From positions 4,823,659 through 4,887,658 of the forward strand of contig BFEA01000025.1 of assembly GCA_003427395.1 (NCBI GenBank): a DNA stretch of 64,000 nt, in the 5' to 3' direction. How positions within the stretch are numbered: the stretch's first letter is position 1; every line of letters begins with the position of its first letter. Positions 1 to 12,317 of this stretch are shown here, piece by piece. Source of the stretch: Chara braunii (lineage: Eukaryota; Plantae; Charophyceae). The position numbers were made by a program, and so were the translations under genes. The notes beneath the pieces were generated by a model. That model worked only from the letters and a program-made list of their open reading frames with translations. It was not told the DNA's origin and made no database searches.

Positions 1-894
1 CGAACCTTATCACCCTCGAGTTGGAATGTTTTTCCAATTCCTTTCAATTTTAGGCTATCAACACTCTGCACGTGGGAGGTGAGGGAAGCCACGACCACGG
101 ACCCCACCTTCCTACGCACGTTGACCTCTTTTGTCTGACTTTTCATGACGCGGGTAGGGGAATTCTGCCTGCACGCTAAACATGCGTAAGTCCGGACAAC
201 CCCTAAGACTGGTGTCGCGCCCCACTAAAAATAATAATAGTAATAATAAAATAATAACCACAAAATTTAAGAGGAAAAAACGCACGGCGAGGGAAATGAA
301 AAATGAACTGCTAAACTGCCTTGGCTCCACGGGCAGCAGAACCATGAGGGAAGGCTTCGCCGGGCCCTCGACCCTATGGTTCTTTGGCGTCATTCCCACG
401 CTCCCCAACTTGTCGCTTGCTGACCTCAATCCCAAAATCTGTCTGGTGGAAGTTCGATACTGTAACCAATAGTGTCAGGCCCAAGGCTAAGCCTAGTGCT
501 AACGGTTATGTTGCGGTTACCACATGGGCCGCGGTTCTTCTGAGACGTTCCAAGGTCGTACTTTCAGCCTTCACATACTCTGATTATTACTTAATGCTAC
601 CTCATCGTCGATGTCGTCCTCCGTGCGAGTGCACACACCACGGTCAAGCGTACCAAACAAAAAACAATTTTTTTTAATCCTAATTTAATCTGAAATTAAA
701 ACTTGGTCGGCAGCCACGCCGACTTTAAAACCATCAATAAAGAAGAAAGATCACGCGCGCCTTAAGTTTGCGTGTCCACACACCCTCTATTTCAAGTCAA
801 CCACTCAGTTAGCGTAAACAATCGACAGAGCCACAACTCGTGTTGTATATTCAAACTCCAAACTAGACTTTTTCTGTCATTTGCGAAAACCAGG

Positions 895-920
895 GCGAAT
901 ACCCTTGTAAGGGTATTCGC
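895..920. repeat. 26-bp palindrome GCGAATACCCTT-GT-AAGGGTATTCGC, probable terminus of a dispersed repeat family
   Basis: Perfect 12-bp arms. Related copies at ~10381-10410, ~11105-11134 and, inverted and degenerate, ~48183-48216. Similarity between copies ends at ...CGACA a few nt past the hairpin. Confidence 0.7.
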
Positions 921-929
921 GCCGACAAC

Positions 930-3900
930 TCGACTTAGTGCAAAAAGTATAGCAATGAAGTATAGTTGTAGGGACCCAACTAGTTTCGGCTGGCCCGCCA
1001 ACCAGCCATCATCAGGTATTTTGGTCGTCGCCACAAGTGTGTACATCGATGAATGACGACTGCATACATATCCTTAGAATAGAAGCATTATAAAAGTGGA
1101 CGTCACAAAATGCCTTAAGCGGCCAATATCTTGAAGCGTCCAGGGACTCCAGGGTACTACTCAATCAGCAAACACATAGTCAGGTTTCGAACCGTCGTCA
1201 CACTACCAAATCATTAATAGAGGACTAAGGGTAAGAATAGCCTGTACTAAACGGGGAACCATCGTTTATTGAGGTACAATCTGGCAGAAAACAGTTCGAT
1301 TCCAAAGTCATGGGGTCAAATCCTCGTATTACCAAAGCTACTATAAAAAAACTTTTGTATCAGTACTTATAGTGCCAAAAAATAAACAAAGAAACCCGCA
1401 AATAACAGGAAATTTCTCCCTTACTACGTGAACAAACCAACCTCTGTACTGTCTGGCGGAAACAGTTTCATCCTAAATCAAGATAACAAAAAAATTCCCT
1501 CTGCCACTATCAACCTGGTCCAACCTCGCACTGTCCGGCCTCTACCACCAACTAGTAGTACAACTTCATCTAGTGGTCCCGAGAGCTAAAGTGAATTCTA
1601 TGACAAACCCTTAGCAAAAGAAAAAGAAACACTTGCATAGGTCCTACCTCCTCATCTATTTGTTCCAATTCATCAAAATAAAGACCCAGTGATACCAATA
1701 TCCCAAGAATTTCCTTGAAAAGATAGTTATCGCAGAGTCAAAATAGAAATCAGAGTAACCTCTCAGCCAGAACTCGTGTTTTAGAGAGAAGAAAAACAAT
1801 CTCAATATCCGAAACGAAAGTAAAATTCTTGGCACGATGCAGAAAAGAAGTAATGACCACCATCTTCTATTGAGGTTGGAGTATGATGAGAAGTCTTGCA
1901 GGGATTGGAAGACCAATTCACTGTCCAAGGTTGATCGTTGGTTTTTGTGGGTAACAAAACAGGCGATATGGAAGAGAGACTTAAACACTTTCACCACACA
2001 ACCAATAAAATCCCAACACTTATTAGCATTAGTCTGCTCGAGAGTCAGGTTGGGATCCTAGCACTCACGAAACTGATCTACGATGCCCAAAACCACATTT
2101 TTATGAATAGGAAATAAACTTAGAATAACACACGAACAATGAGACATCATCCACAATGCGAAAACCAAATACCAATTTACGGTCAGCGCCTAGTGAAGAA
2201 AGAAAACAAAAATTCTTGGAAGGCACATAGTAGATAAGCAAGCGCGGGCTGGTCGTCATCCCCATTGGAATTCTGACTTTTTGATGAACCAGTTGCCCAA
2301 CAGCGATGACATAGGTGTGTTGTAGCTCATATGATACAAACTGGAGAATGAAATCGAATCGGATCAGTAACCAACCATTATCTTCGCAACCTTTGGATAA
2401 ACAAACCATCTTACCGTGACGTCTAACAAGAACACCTTTGTACCCTTCTCCTAACCAATAATCGCTTACCCATTGTACAACTTTCATAATGGAGTCATGA
2501 GGGAGATGAGAGAATTGCTCCTTAACATCAAAGAATACCCCAACCAACAAGTCTCTATTGTGTAGATGAGAGTTGATAGAAGAGATTTCGGGGACAAAGT
2601 CAGTAGTACAACAAAAATTGAACTGAAAACGTTTCAGAAGGCACCACAACAGTTCATTAATGGCACATGTCATCCTATGTTCGCATGCCACTCCACCTTT
2701 TTTGAGTGATGCACAAATTGATCTCCAACGATTAACATCCTTGTGCTTTGGAAGATAGTAGGCATCCCCCAAGTGAGCTTGCCTGTTCCACCGTCCAAAC
2801 GTTCAAAACCTCCTTCAATGAAGCTCTCATAACAACGTAAGATAATGGAGGACCGACTATCAACTTGACGTAAGAAAAAAAAATTGTTCATGAATACCTT
2901 GTTCATTCCTTGGCGATAGAGAACTGGACAACAAGCGAAAGAGTCACTCGGGTTGTGATTAATGGGGCAACGTACCAACCCTTCAAGTTGTAACAAGTGG
3001 TGGTGCAAATCATCCTCCGAGTTCTTACAATTGTAATAGTCGACAAGTGAGGAGCCAAATAAACATTGAGACAAAGAGGAATTTGAGAAAAACGAATTTT
3101 GTGAAGAAAAACTCAGTTGAGGTAAGGTAAGTAAGGACTGCACAATCTGTCTACGAAGAGATTGGATAGGATTATCCAAAGAGAGTCGGATAATATTTTT
3201 CAGTTGCCCATCCATGGGGGGAAGCAGTCCACCTCACTAAATCGAAAAGATACATGATCGCCTTCACGAGGTAGAGACGGACCAACAGAAGAACAATAAC
3301 AGATAGTCTCGGTCGTCATGGCAGCGGGCACAACACGACTGATTGGAGACGCAGTAGCCACAGCGACCAACAAAGCAGAAACAATAACGGAGGTAGTGAC
3401 AACCGACGTTGACATATTGGATGGTGGGGCAAAATCCGCAAGATGTTGAAAATTTGAAGGAGATGCTGCTTGAAGGCGGAGTCTACAGACCGGAGAAGAA
3501 TGAAGAGCGAAAGAAGCAACTACGGGAGGTGAGAAGGTTCTGTATCCGTGCATATCTATGAAAGGGCTGAGGAATTGTCTCTTCGGTTGGACAATGTGGC
3601 AAATGAATTGTCATCTTAGTAATCTCCTCATTAGAGAAAGCAACGAACTCATCGTTCAAAAGCGATTGCGACGTGGAAGAAGCCTCCAAATCCGAAACAT
3701 TCAACGGGTCGGAAGGAATAAGGGATTATTGTTCCAACCAAATATCAGTGAGTTTGTTTCTTTTCCAATCGAGGAAGTTTTCTCATATTCGTTCATATTT
3801 TACGACTGTGGCGCTTTTGACAAACATTTCAAAAACACCTTAGTGAAGACATTTTGCATGCCAACCTTCTTCGCATCATCAAACCATCTATCAAGGTAAG
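930..3900 (-). mobile_element. Degenerate Penelope-like retroelement (RT pseudogene ~3900-1656 plus 3' non-coding region with hammerhead)
   Basis: Frameshifted ORF pieces carry PLE-type RT motifs: YLPKHKD..RWRSI, FDVKEQFSHLPH, RIPMGMTTSP, FRIVDDV, thumb WLRGYS..FDSA. A C-x-C..H motif (CYCSS..GDHV) lies upstream. Collinear with 43508-44782. Confidence 0.8.
973..1020 (-). ncRNA. Minimal type I hammerhead ribozyme (partly degenerate) of PLE copy 1
   Basis: Minus strand reads AATAC-CTGATGA-T-GGCTGGT-TGGCGG-GCCAGCC-GAAA-C-TA-GTT-GGGTC: CUGAUGA and GAAA cores, 7-bp stem II, palindromic ACTAGT stem III. Stem I is damaged. Homologous to 45333-45378. Confidence 0.75.
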
Positions 3901-4689
3901 CATACATATTCGAAGTATGGATTATGGGTGCATCATTATCATCGGACACCACAACAACCTCCAAAGAATTTTGTGGTTGTGATGTGGCACAAACATCTTT
4001 TTCCTGTCCACTGCATTGAGATTGAGAACAAGAATCATGAACACGTGCACGTTCAGCAACTTGTCCAAAAAACTGAAGAGCTGCAAGTGAACCGTCAGGG
4101 AGCGCATTCAACACTCTTATAATCCGAGTTCTCATTTCATTTAGAACACGTTGTCGTTCCACCTGATTACCAGCCAAGGTAGATTTCGACACTTCGGGGA
4201 AACCCAAAAAATTAGTTTTCACACCACAACTATTTTTTCTTTTGAATGTAGATTCAACACAGTCTTTTTTCGAATCGCCCGTAACGTTATCATCCTCGTC
4301 ATCGAGAAATGTAAGGTTAAAAGGCCAACCCGACATACCTCTACGAGAACCATCCCCATAAGCCCGACAATCGTCACCCCCTCCCCCACACCACACAACC
4401 ATGTTCTCAGCATCAGCAAGGACATCCACGTTAACTTCACGTCCCAAGCATGTTCACTTCGAAGATTCACGGATCTCTCATCATTTCCACTTTTCTTCGA
4501 CCTCTCTTAATGTTCGGCTCCAACTTTTGACGAAACATTCGGATCATATTGAGTGGTATTGTTGATTCTAATTGCTTTCCTCTTAGCACAAGTGTCGTAG
4601 TTATGACGCATTTGGAAGTCACCTGCGAAGAAAGAATAAGACGAAATTAATCGGAATATCAATGATCGATAAAAAAAAACGAACAACTC

Positions 4690-5960
4690 ATACACAATAT
4701 TTTTCATCAAAAAAAAGTTATCAGGGAACGCAACAAGGATGTTGTTGGGATAACCAACACGCGACAAAGCAACGTACAGTTGGCGATACACTAAAAACGG
4801 TTTGCATAACCAAACCCCAACATGTGATGCGGTTTGTCCTTGCGACTTGTTAATGGTTACGGCAAAAGCAAAACAAACTGAAAATTGTCTCTTAAGCCAT
4901 TTGAACCCGATGGTCTCACCATCACTTGTCAGATCAATCATGGGGATCAGTGTTGTCTTACCCGTGCACATTATTGTCACTTCCAACAAATTATTATTAA
5001 CGATCTTTTTCATAATCAACCTTGTACCGTTGCAAAGTCCTTGCTTCGGGAACAAATTTCGCAAAAGCATAACGGACGCACCAATTTTCAAGCGCAGCTT
5101 GTGAGGTGGAAGACTTGATTCATTAAGAGAGTTTTTTGAAGTCTCTCTCATTACCGAGTCCGGTATCATCCGAATCAGGATAATCAACGTTGAAAAGCTC
5201 ACACACCTCCATCGAAAAATTGTCAACAACACGGTTGTAAACAGAACGCGCATCGTCATTAGAAGGGTATAAAATTAATCGAGGCGATAAATACTCTTCA
5301 TCCCCCACGCGGTTGGACACATCCTCAAATGTCCATGAAATTAACTCATCAATCGGTTTATCTGTACAAATCTCCCGTGACAATCTGACTGCAGCACGTT
5401 CATTAGGAACAATACGAGGATGATCACCATTCCCAACACTCATCAAAAATTCAGCATACATTCGTCTCATTCATCATTGCCTAAACTTAAGATTCGCATA
5501 TTTTCGGTCTGTTGATGAACCTCAAAAAGTTTTCACAAAGAAGACATTTTCATCGACACATCAATTTGTTTCACTCACGATCCGTGTTTCACAAAGGACA
5601 AAACCTGTCGAAAATCCCGAGCAAGAAGTATAATTTTCCCACTAAACGGCTCGTCATTGTTACAGTGGTGCCGAAGTGTACTGTTAAGAGCATCCAAGTG
5701 AAACTTGTTACTCATCGAAGCCTCGTCTCAGACAATCAAGTCTGCAAGGTGGATAAGCTCCGCAAGATCACTTTGTTTCGGAATTAAGAAGGGACGTGTG
5801 TTATCAAGTTTCAAAGGTGCGCGAAATTGTGAGTGAAACGTTCGACCTCCTATCAACAGAGTCCCCGCTATGCCATTGGACACCATAACCAGTCCAATGA
5901 CCGAACGAGACTTGATGTCTGTCGTGATCTGTCATGCATGTTTAAAAAAACATGAATTTT
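4690..5960 (-). pseudogene. PIF1-family (Helitron-type) DNA helicase remnant
   Basis: Motifs across several frames: GIAGTLLIGGRTFHSQF, DEASM, RDFRQ, LPPHKLRLKIGASVMLLRNL..GLCNGTRL, FAVTINKSQGQT, QLYVALSRV, KNIVY. Stops and frameshifts present. Walker A and Rep domain not seen. Confidence 0.85.
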
Positions 5961-7292
5961 CACCGAATGTGAGATATAATTTTCGTCGTCTGTCTCGTTC
6001 TACATGGGTAGACCTCAATCCATTTAGTTATCCGTAATCTCTGTTCGTCATTCTGTTCAGATCGACCACTGCAATATCCTTCTTCTTCTTCTTCCTCCGC
6101 CTTGAAATCTTCCACTTTTTCTTCGCTCTCTTCTCGTCTCTCCTTTAAAACCTCGTCCTCTTCTTCACTTTTGGTATTTCATTCTTCCACTGGAATTGTG
6201 TCAACAAGTTTGCTCCACATTCTGAATTTTGCATACCAACATAAAATCTACTCACTTTCGATTATGTGTATAGGTGGGAATTGGTTGATTGATAACTGAA
6301 AACTGGTTAAGCGTTGCTTAGGCGGCTCGATTGTTTCTTGCTCGTTCGGTCAGGATTATCTCCGTTTGTTGAGAGGTTGGTTTGTTGATCGATTTTTTTT
6401 TACTCCGTGATTCCTTTTCGGTGTCGATCACTGTCTTTAAAGCAACTACTGACACGCCTTTAAAGTATTTCTGCTTCTCGAAAAGACTTGGTCAACTGAG
6501 AGTTGGATCAGTTAGTATATGTTTTTTCTGTTGTGAGGACTTTCCATGAAAAATGAACACGTTTTCGACCACGTTTAATTTTGTTTAAGGTCATCTCTGC
6601 TCGTTTTGGTCTACCTGTTCGGAAGAGGTCAACAATTCACATCACTTACGCTGAACTTTTCTATAAAGTGGAGATACGAAAGTTATGTGCGGAGTTGATT
6701 CGGAGTCTTGAGATTGCCGAAGTTTGAAAACCGGTGTTAATTCGTCGTATGCGCATTGTGTGGAATAAGAACCGTACGGTGACCGATTTTTGTCATTACA
6801 CCGTTAAGAGACCATATGCAACTCCATACAGGACCTTCGGGACAACCAAATTCTTCTAATTTTAACATTGTCGTATACAGCTTTCTTGAATCTATTGGTC
6901 CCAAAAAGACACTTGCACACCTATCTCATCTTGACAGTTCTCACATGATTCAAAACATTGTAAAAGCGGTAGAGGAATTTAAGACGAGCATGAACATTTA
7001 GAGGTGTGTGGATGTTGTAATTCATCTCGATTACAATTGGCAAAGACAGGGTCGATTCGAAACTTTCAAGGAGTATCGTCGCAAAGTGTTGCAATGAGTT
7101 TCTGTTTGTGCGGTGCTGCAAGAGTATCGTTCCAGCGAAGGAAGTTGATTGGCCTTATAAGAGATATAGGAGGAGGGAAATGTGGATTGGGTGATTGTTC
7201 AGACCTTGTCTTAATGATAAATTTTTACATGATCGTCTTCAATTTCAGTTACGTAATTGTCAAGACAAAAGATATGGGAAGAGAAAGACAAA

Positions 7293-7337
<45 letters not shown>

Positions 7338-7354
7338 AAAAAAAAAAAAAAAAA

Positions 7355-7795
7355 NNNNNNNNNNNNNNNNNNNNNNNNNNNNNNNNNNNNNNNNNNNNNN
7401 NNNNNNNNNNNNNNNNNNNNNNNNNNNNNNNNNNNNNNNNNNNNNNNNNNNNNNNNNNNNNNNNNNNNNNNNNNNNNNNNNNNNNNNNNNNNNNNNNNNN
7501 NNNNNNNNNNNNNNNNNNNNNNNNNNNNNNNNNNNNNNNNNNNNNNNNNNNNNNNNNNNNNNNNNNNNNNNNNNNNNNNNNNNNNNNNNNNNNNNNNNNN
7601 NNNNNNNNNNNNNNNNNNNNNNNNNNNNNNNNNNNNNNNNNNNNNNNNNNNNNNNNNNNNNNNNNNNNNNNNNNNNNNNNNNNNNNNNNNNNNNNNNNNN
7701 NNNNNNNNNNNNNNNNNNNNNNNNNNNNNNNNNNNNNNNNNNNNNNNNNNNNNNNNNNNNNNNNNNNNNNNNNNNNNNNNNNNNNNNNNNNNNNN
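7355..7795. other. Assembly gap (further gaps at 15777-15836, 21868-22261, 39716-40251, 42499-42658)
   Basis: Runs of N. Confidence 1.
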
Positions 7796-8649
7796 ATCTC
7801 TCTCTATCTATCTCAAATTTTTTTTACCTTCTCTCTCTTTTTGTCTATCTCTGTCTCTCCTCGCCCTTTCTCTTGCTTTTTTTTTGTCGTTTTTTTCATT
7901 CGTGAATTAAACTCGGACTTCGTAGCCAGCTACGTTTTTTTTTTTTTTTTTTGGCTCACACCTCCTGCACCCCGGGCGCTTATCTAGTAATAATAATGAG
8001 GAGTGTATACTACCTGTCATTTCGGTCAAATACATGTATGGAGGTGGCGGCAGGTTTGCAATCCAGGTAAGAATTTTTTTTTTTTTTTTCTCTCTCTTCC
8101 ACCTATCTCTACTTCTTCTTCTTCATCGTTGTTGTCGAAGTCATTGTTATTATATTTATTATAGTGGTTGCTTTCTCCTCATCTTTTCGCTCATCTCCTC
8201 CTTCTTTCCCCTCTCATCTTTGTCTCCTTTATCTCCTTTCCTTCGCGTCTCCGCTTCCTAACTCCACTCTCGTCTCCTTTCTCTTCACCACGACTTTCCT
8301 CTTCCTTACATCGTCGCACCTTCTTCCTCGTGTATACTTGTGCGCCTTCTTCCTTTTCACACATTTTTCTTTCCCTACGCCTCAATCTTCCAACGAACAT
8401 CCATCGTCTTTCTCCACCACTCCGCCTGTGCATCTAACTCTCTCTCATCTCACCTCGTCTGTCGTCCCGTTGTTTGCCTGTGCGCCTATAATCCCCCTGT
8501 TATTGCCCGCACTCCTCATCTTCCTCATGCTCTACTTGCTTGCACGTATTTCATCCTTTGCACGGTGTTGTTACTCTCTGTCTCCGAGCACTTTCCTTGA
8601 CTTCGTCTATCGCATACTCCTCTCCTCTCTTTCTCTTTCACACACACAT

Positions 8650-8684
<35 letters not shown>

Positions 8685-10429
8685 TATGTGTGCTCTGTTG
8701 CCTAAGCGGAGCATTGTACCTGATTCGGTCATTCACGACGAAATATCGGGCGACCTTAGTAACGAGAAAGAAGATAATAGCTAGACAATGATAATGACCG
8801 GGAACCAGCGGAGAAAACCACAACGATCAGGGTAAGTGCCCCCCCCTTTGCTCGTTTCCTTTTCTGCTTCCTCATTTTCCTCCTCCCCTTCTCCTTCCTT
8901 TTCTTGTACATACGCTTTTGTTCCCCCACGCGCACACTCTGTTTCCCCTGCTCATATAATCCTCCATGCAATTTACCTTTGCTCCCACGTACACTGTTTC
9001 ACTGCGGGCCCGACCTCTCTATCTTTACTCGCTCTTTCCTCCATTACATATTTGTCTTCTCCGTGGTCATCACCTCTTGCTTGTGTTCGCCCCCCTTGCG
9101 CTCGCTTTCTTCCTCGCGTTGTGCTAGCCCCTCTCCATCGCGCCTCGCTCGGTTTTTCCAGTTGCGTCCTGCTCGATAGCCTCCTCCCTCGAGGTTGTCT
9201 CCACCTTGGCTCCACGTCGTGTCCCCGACTAACAAAATCAAATCAAAGTCGCAAAGAGACTCAGTCTGCATTGGTTCGCCAAGGAGGACAGTTACATGTG
9301 TTAACGGATCTGCCCACAATTCGAGGCAGATTCATTTTCATGATTCAAACGAAAAGGAACTCCAATAACCTAAAGAGAAAATAAGATAATAATACACAAT
9401 AAGAAAAAACAACAAAAATAAAACAAAAAAAAATCGAAGAAATATAACTGCAATCAACCTCAATTTTGCATTTGCCATGTCCATTTTAGTGCGGGGGGAA
9501 AAAGAACAATCCTAACTAACTCTAATACAAAGGTCATGAGTTCAATTCTCAGGCCCCGTTGTATGACACTGTAAAATTTATATCTTACTATTAAATCCCT
9601 CAACTATCTCTTACTAACCCTCAATATGGAGGTCACGATTTCAAACCCTGGCAGACCGACAGCGGGGTGAAATAATGAGCATCGTCGGGATGTAACTGCG
9701 CTTTCCACTAAATAGAAGCCAAATGGATTCGATCCCCAGATCCTCTTATCCTCAATTCGCACCGAAACCTATTAAGCTAACTCCAACTTCGAGTTAATGA
9801 GAAGCAACTCTTCTATAAATAGAGTAGCGGGGTTCAACCAAACCAGTAAACCGAGCCCAAGCCTCACTTCTATGAAAAGTTAAGCGAGGTTAGCCGAAGT
9901 TGAGTTGTGATAGGCATTTAGGACATTATGGCTGCTTCGACCGTATATTTATTTAACCTCACTAAAACGTACAGACACTTGAGTTTTCGCACGCGCCGTA
10001 AGCTTACCCATCACATTATTAACCGAATCGACCCTTTTATAATATTTTCACGCACCTTACATTTATCGTGTGTCCTGACAAGGCATGCGCCTTTTACTTT
10101 CTAGGCTCGATCGTTTTCCGCTACAAAGATGGAGGTCTGATTTTATCAAAGTAAACCCTCAACTTTTATAGTCGAGGGGCATTATTACTGATTTTAACCA
10201 TCTTAGCGCGTGTCAGAATAATGCGCTCGCGTACTAACCAAATTTAATTTATGATACGCCTTGACCTCAACGGTCAAGGAAGTCATCTCAAAGTGTCGCG
10301 CACACTTTTATCTTCAGTCCGACTTCATTATGGTAGTCGATGTCGTCGTTTCATCGATTATTAAATCATTCAAATACCTTATACCCTTGTAAGGGTATTT
10401 GGTCCGACACCGTCCTAGTTGACCAGTGT

Positions 10430-10810
10430 AGGATCGCGTGAGAGAGATCAGCGCCTTGAAAGGTAATTCGTGCGCGGGTCCGATTCAAGCGTTAACTGTC
10501 CGTAGCCCCTGTGCTACAGCGAACAAGAAACGCCCTCGATTGGGCCACCTCTGCAATTGCATGCCAAAAACCTTCGCATGTGGTTCAGTAGCTCGACGAA
10601 GATATGCTCACCCAAGAGATAGTGACAACTCTCGCGGGTGGAGATAAGTTGTGCCTCTTGTGGTCCTATCCTGTGGTACGGGCTTGCAAAAGGTACGGTT
10701 GGCGCACTCGTCCGGAGTTGCAAACACTCTCGATGACAAGTTCTGTAAAATCCTGCGTGACGCGGTTGGGAGGGTCTCCTTGTGGGACCGATGCCCTCGA
10801 TAACACCTCA
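10430..10810 (+). repeat. Dispersed repeat, copy 1 (copy 2 at ~53295-53670)
   Basis: Collinear shared blocks such as GAGATCAGC, CCCTCGAT..GCCACCTCTGC, GCTCACC.AAG.GAT.GTGACA, TAAGTTGTGCCTC, GGTACGGTTG.CGCACTCG and TCCTGCGTGACGCGG. Confidence 0.8.
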
Positions 10811-12317
10811 TACCTTTTCGGCTTAGTTGTTTTCCGGTATCGGGAATAGACGTGTAGACTTGGTTCTACCCAATTGAACCCTCGACCTTTGTGGTCGAGG
10901 AGTATTATTCATGATCCTACCAACTTAGCTCTCATCAAAATAACGCGTGTGAGTATTAACCAAGCTTTCTTACTAGTACACCTCGACCTCCAAGATCGTG
11001 GAAATTGCCTCAACGTGTCGAGCAAAAACGGCCACACTTTTAACTTCAGACCGACTCTGTCAGGGTGGTCGGTGATGTCAATGTCCCGACTCCAAAACCA
11101 TGGGCAAATACCCTTGTAAGGGTATGTGTGTCGACAACGTGCTTTCACCCCACACACACGAGTGTATGTGTGTGTGTACGTGCGCGATGGGGGCACTCCC
11201 CCCGCAACCAATCAACTAACCAATCAATTAATAATAATAAAAATAAAAATAAAAATAAAATACGTGTTTTTACTGCGCGAATGCACGTGTGTGTGTGCGT
11301 AGGGGGGGAACACTTTGCAACCACTCAATCAATCCAGAAAACAAAAGTAAAAAAAAAAAAAAACACTTATTTCGCATGTGCATGTGTGAGTGCGTGCGTA
11401 TATGTATGCGTGCACCCCCCCCAACCAACCAAACAACGAATCAATCAATCAATCAATCAGTCAATATACATATATATATAATGCGTCATACTAGTTGATT
11501 GACTGATTGATTGACTGATTGGGGGGCGCTCGTTGGAGGGGGCAACCTCACCTTGGCGTATCAATTAGTTAAGCAATCAATCAATACAGGGGGGTGGCGG
11601 GGGGGATCCGAAACGTTGTACCCCCTATCGTGTATAAAAAAAAAATTAACGTCAATAGACAACAATTAAAATTTAGAGGCCGATGCGTCAAGTGTTGTTC
11701 CATCTATGAAAAGAATTAACGAAAAAAAAAACATTGGGCTCGAAATAAAGTTTAGAGGACCCTGAATCGCTAGTTGGGCGGAACCCGGATCCCCGAACGT
11801 TCGGGTGGGGTCTGATACGGCCCAGAAAGTTCGGAAGGGGTTTGACACCCCCCTTAAGGGTCGGGCGGGTAACATTGATTCAAACTTTTTTATATTTTAT
11901 AACTAACAATTTCTTAGATTCAATGTAATAATTTTTTAGGGTTCATTGTATAAAAATGGAAAGGTTACTGACCTAATTAAAGTAAATTAAAATTTATTAT
12001 CCTCCTCCGTACGAAAAAAATAATAATTATGAAAAATATATATATATATATATAATGAAGACCTGCTAAGCGTCCGTGGTGTGGGCAGTGCGGACCATGC
12101 CCGTAGAGATAAGAAATGTTGTAGGCAACCAGACACGGACCACTTGCATAAATTAAGACAAACTCCAAAAACAAAACAAAATAACTCACGGTGTAATAAA
12201 GAATAGTCTAAGACGGACTACGAAGTCTGAGTTTAATTGACAAATAGTTTAGCATCTGCAGTGTGTGGGCTACGCTCGCAACCGAAACTATCGAAGCGGT
12301 AAAGAAAGTACCATAAA

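Noticed and set aside
7004-7987. ORFs spanning N-gaps (also at 21.8, 39.4 and 42.4 kb)
   Set aside because: Artefacts of translating Ns.
12252-12298. Third hammerhead-like motif (CTGCAGT-hairpin-GAAACTATC)
   Set aside because: The core deviates at several invariant positions and stem I is poor. At best a relic.
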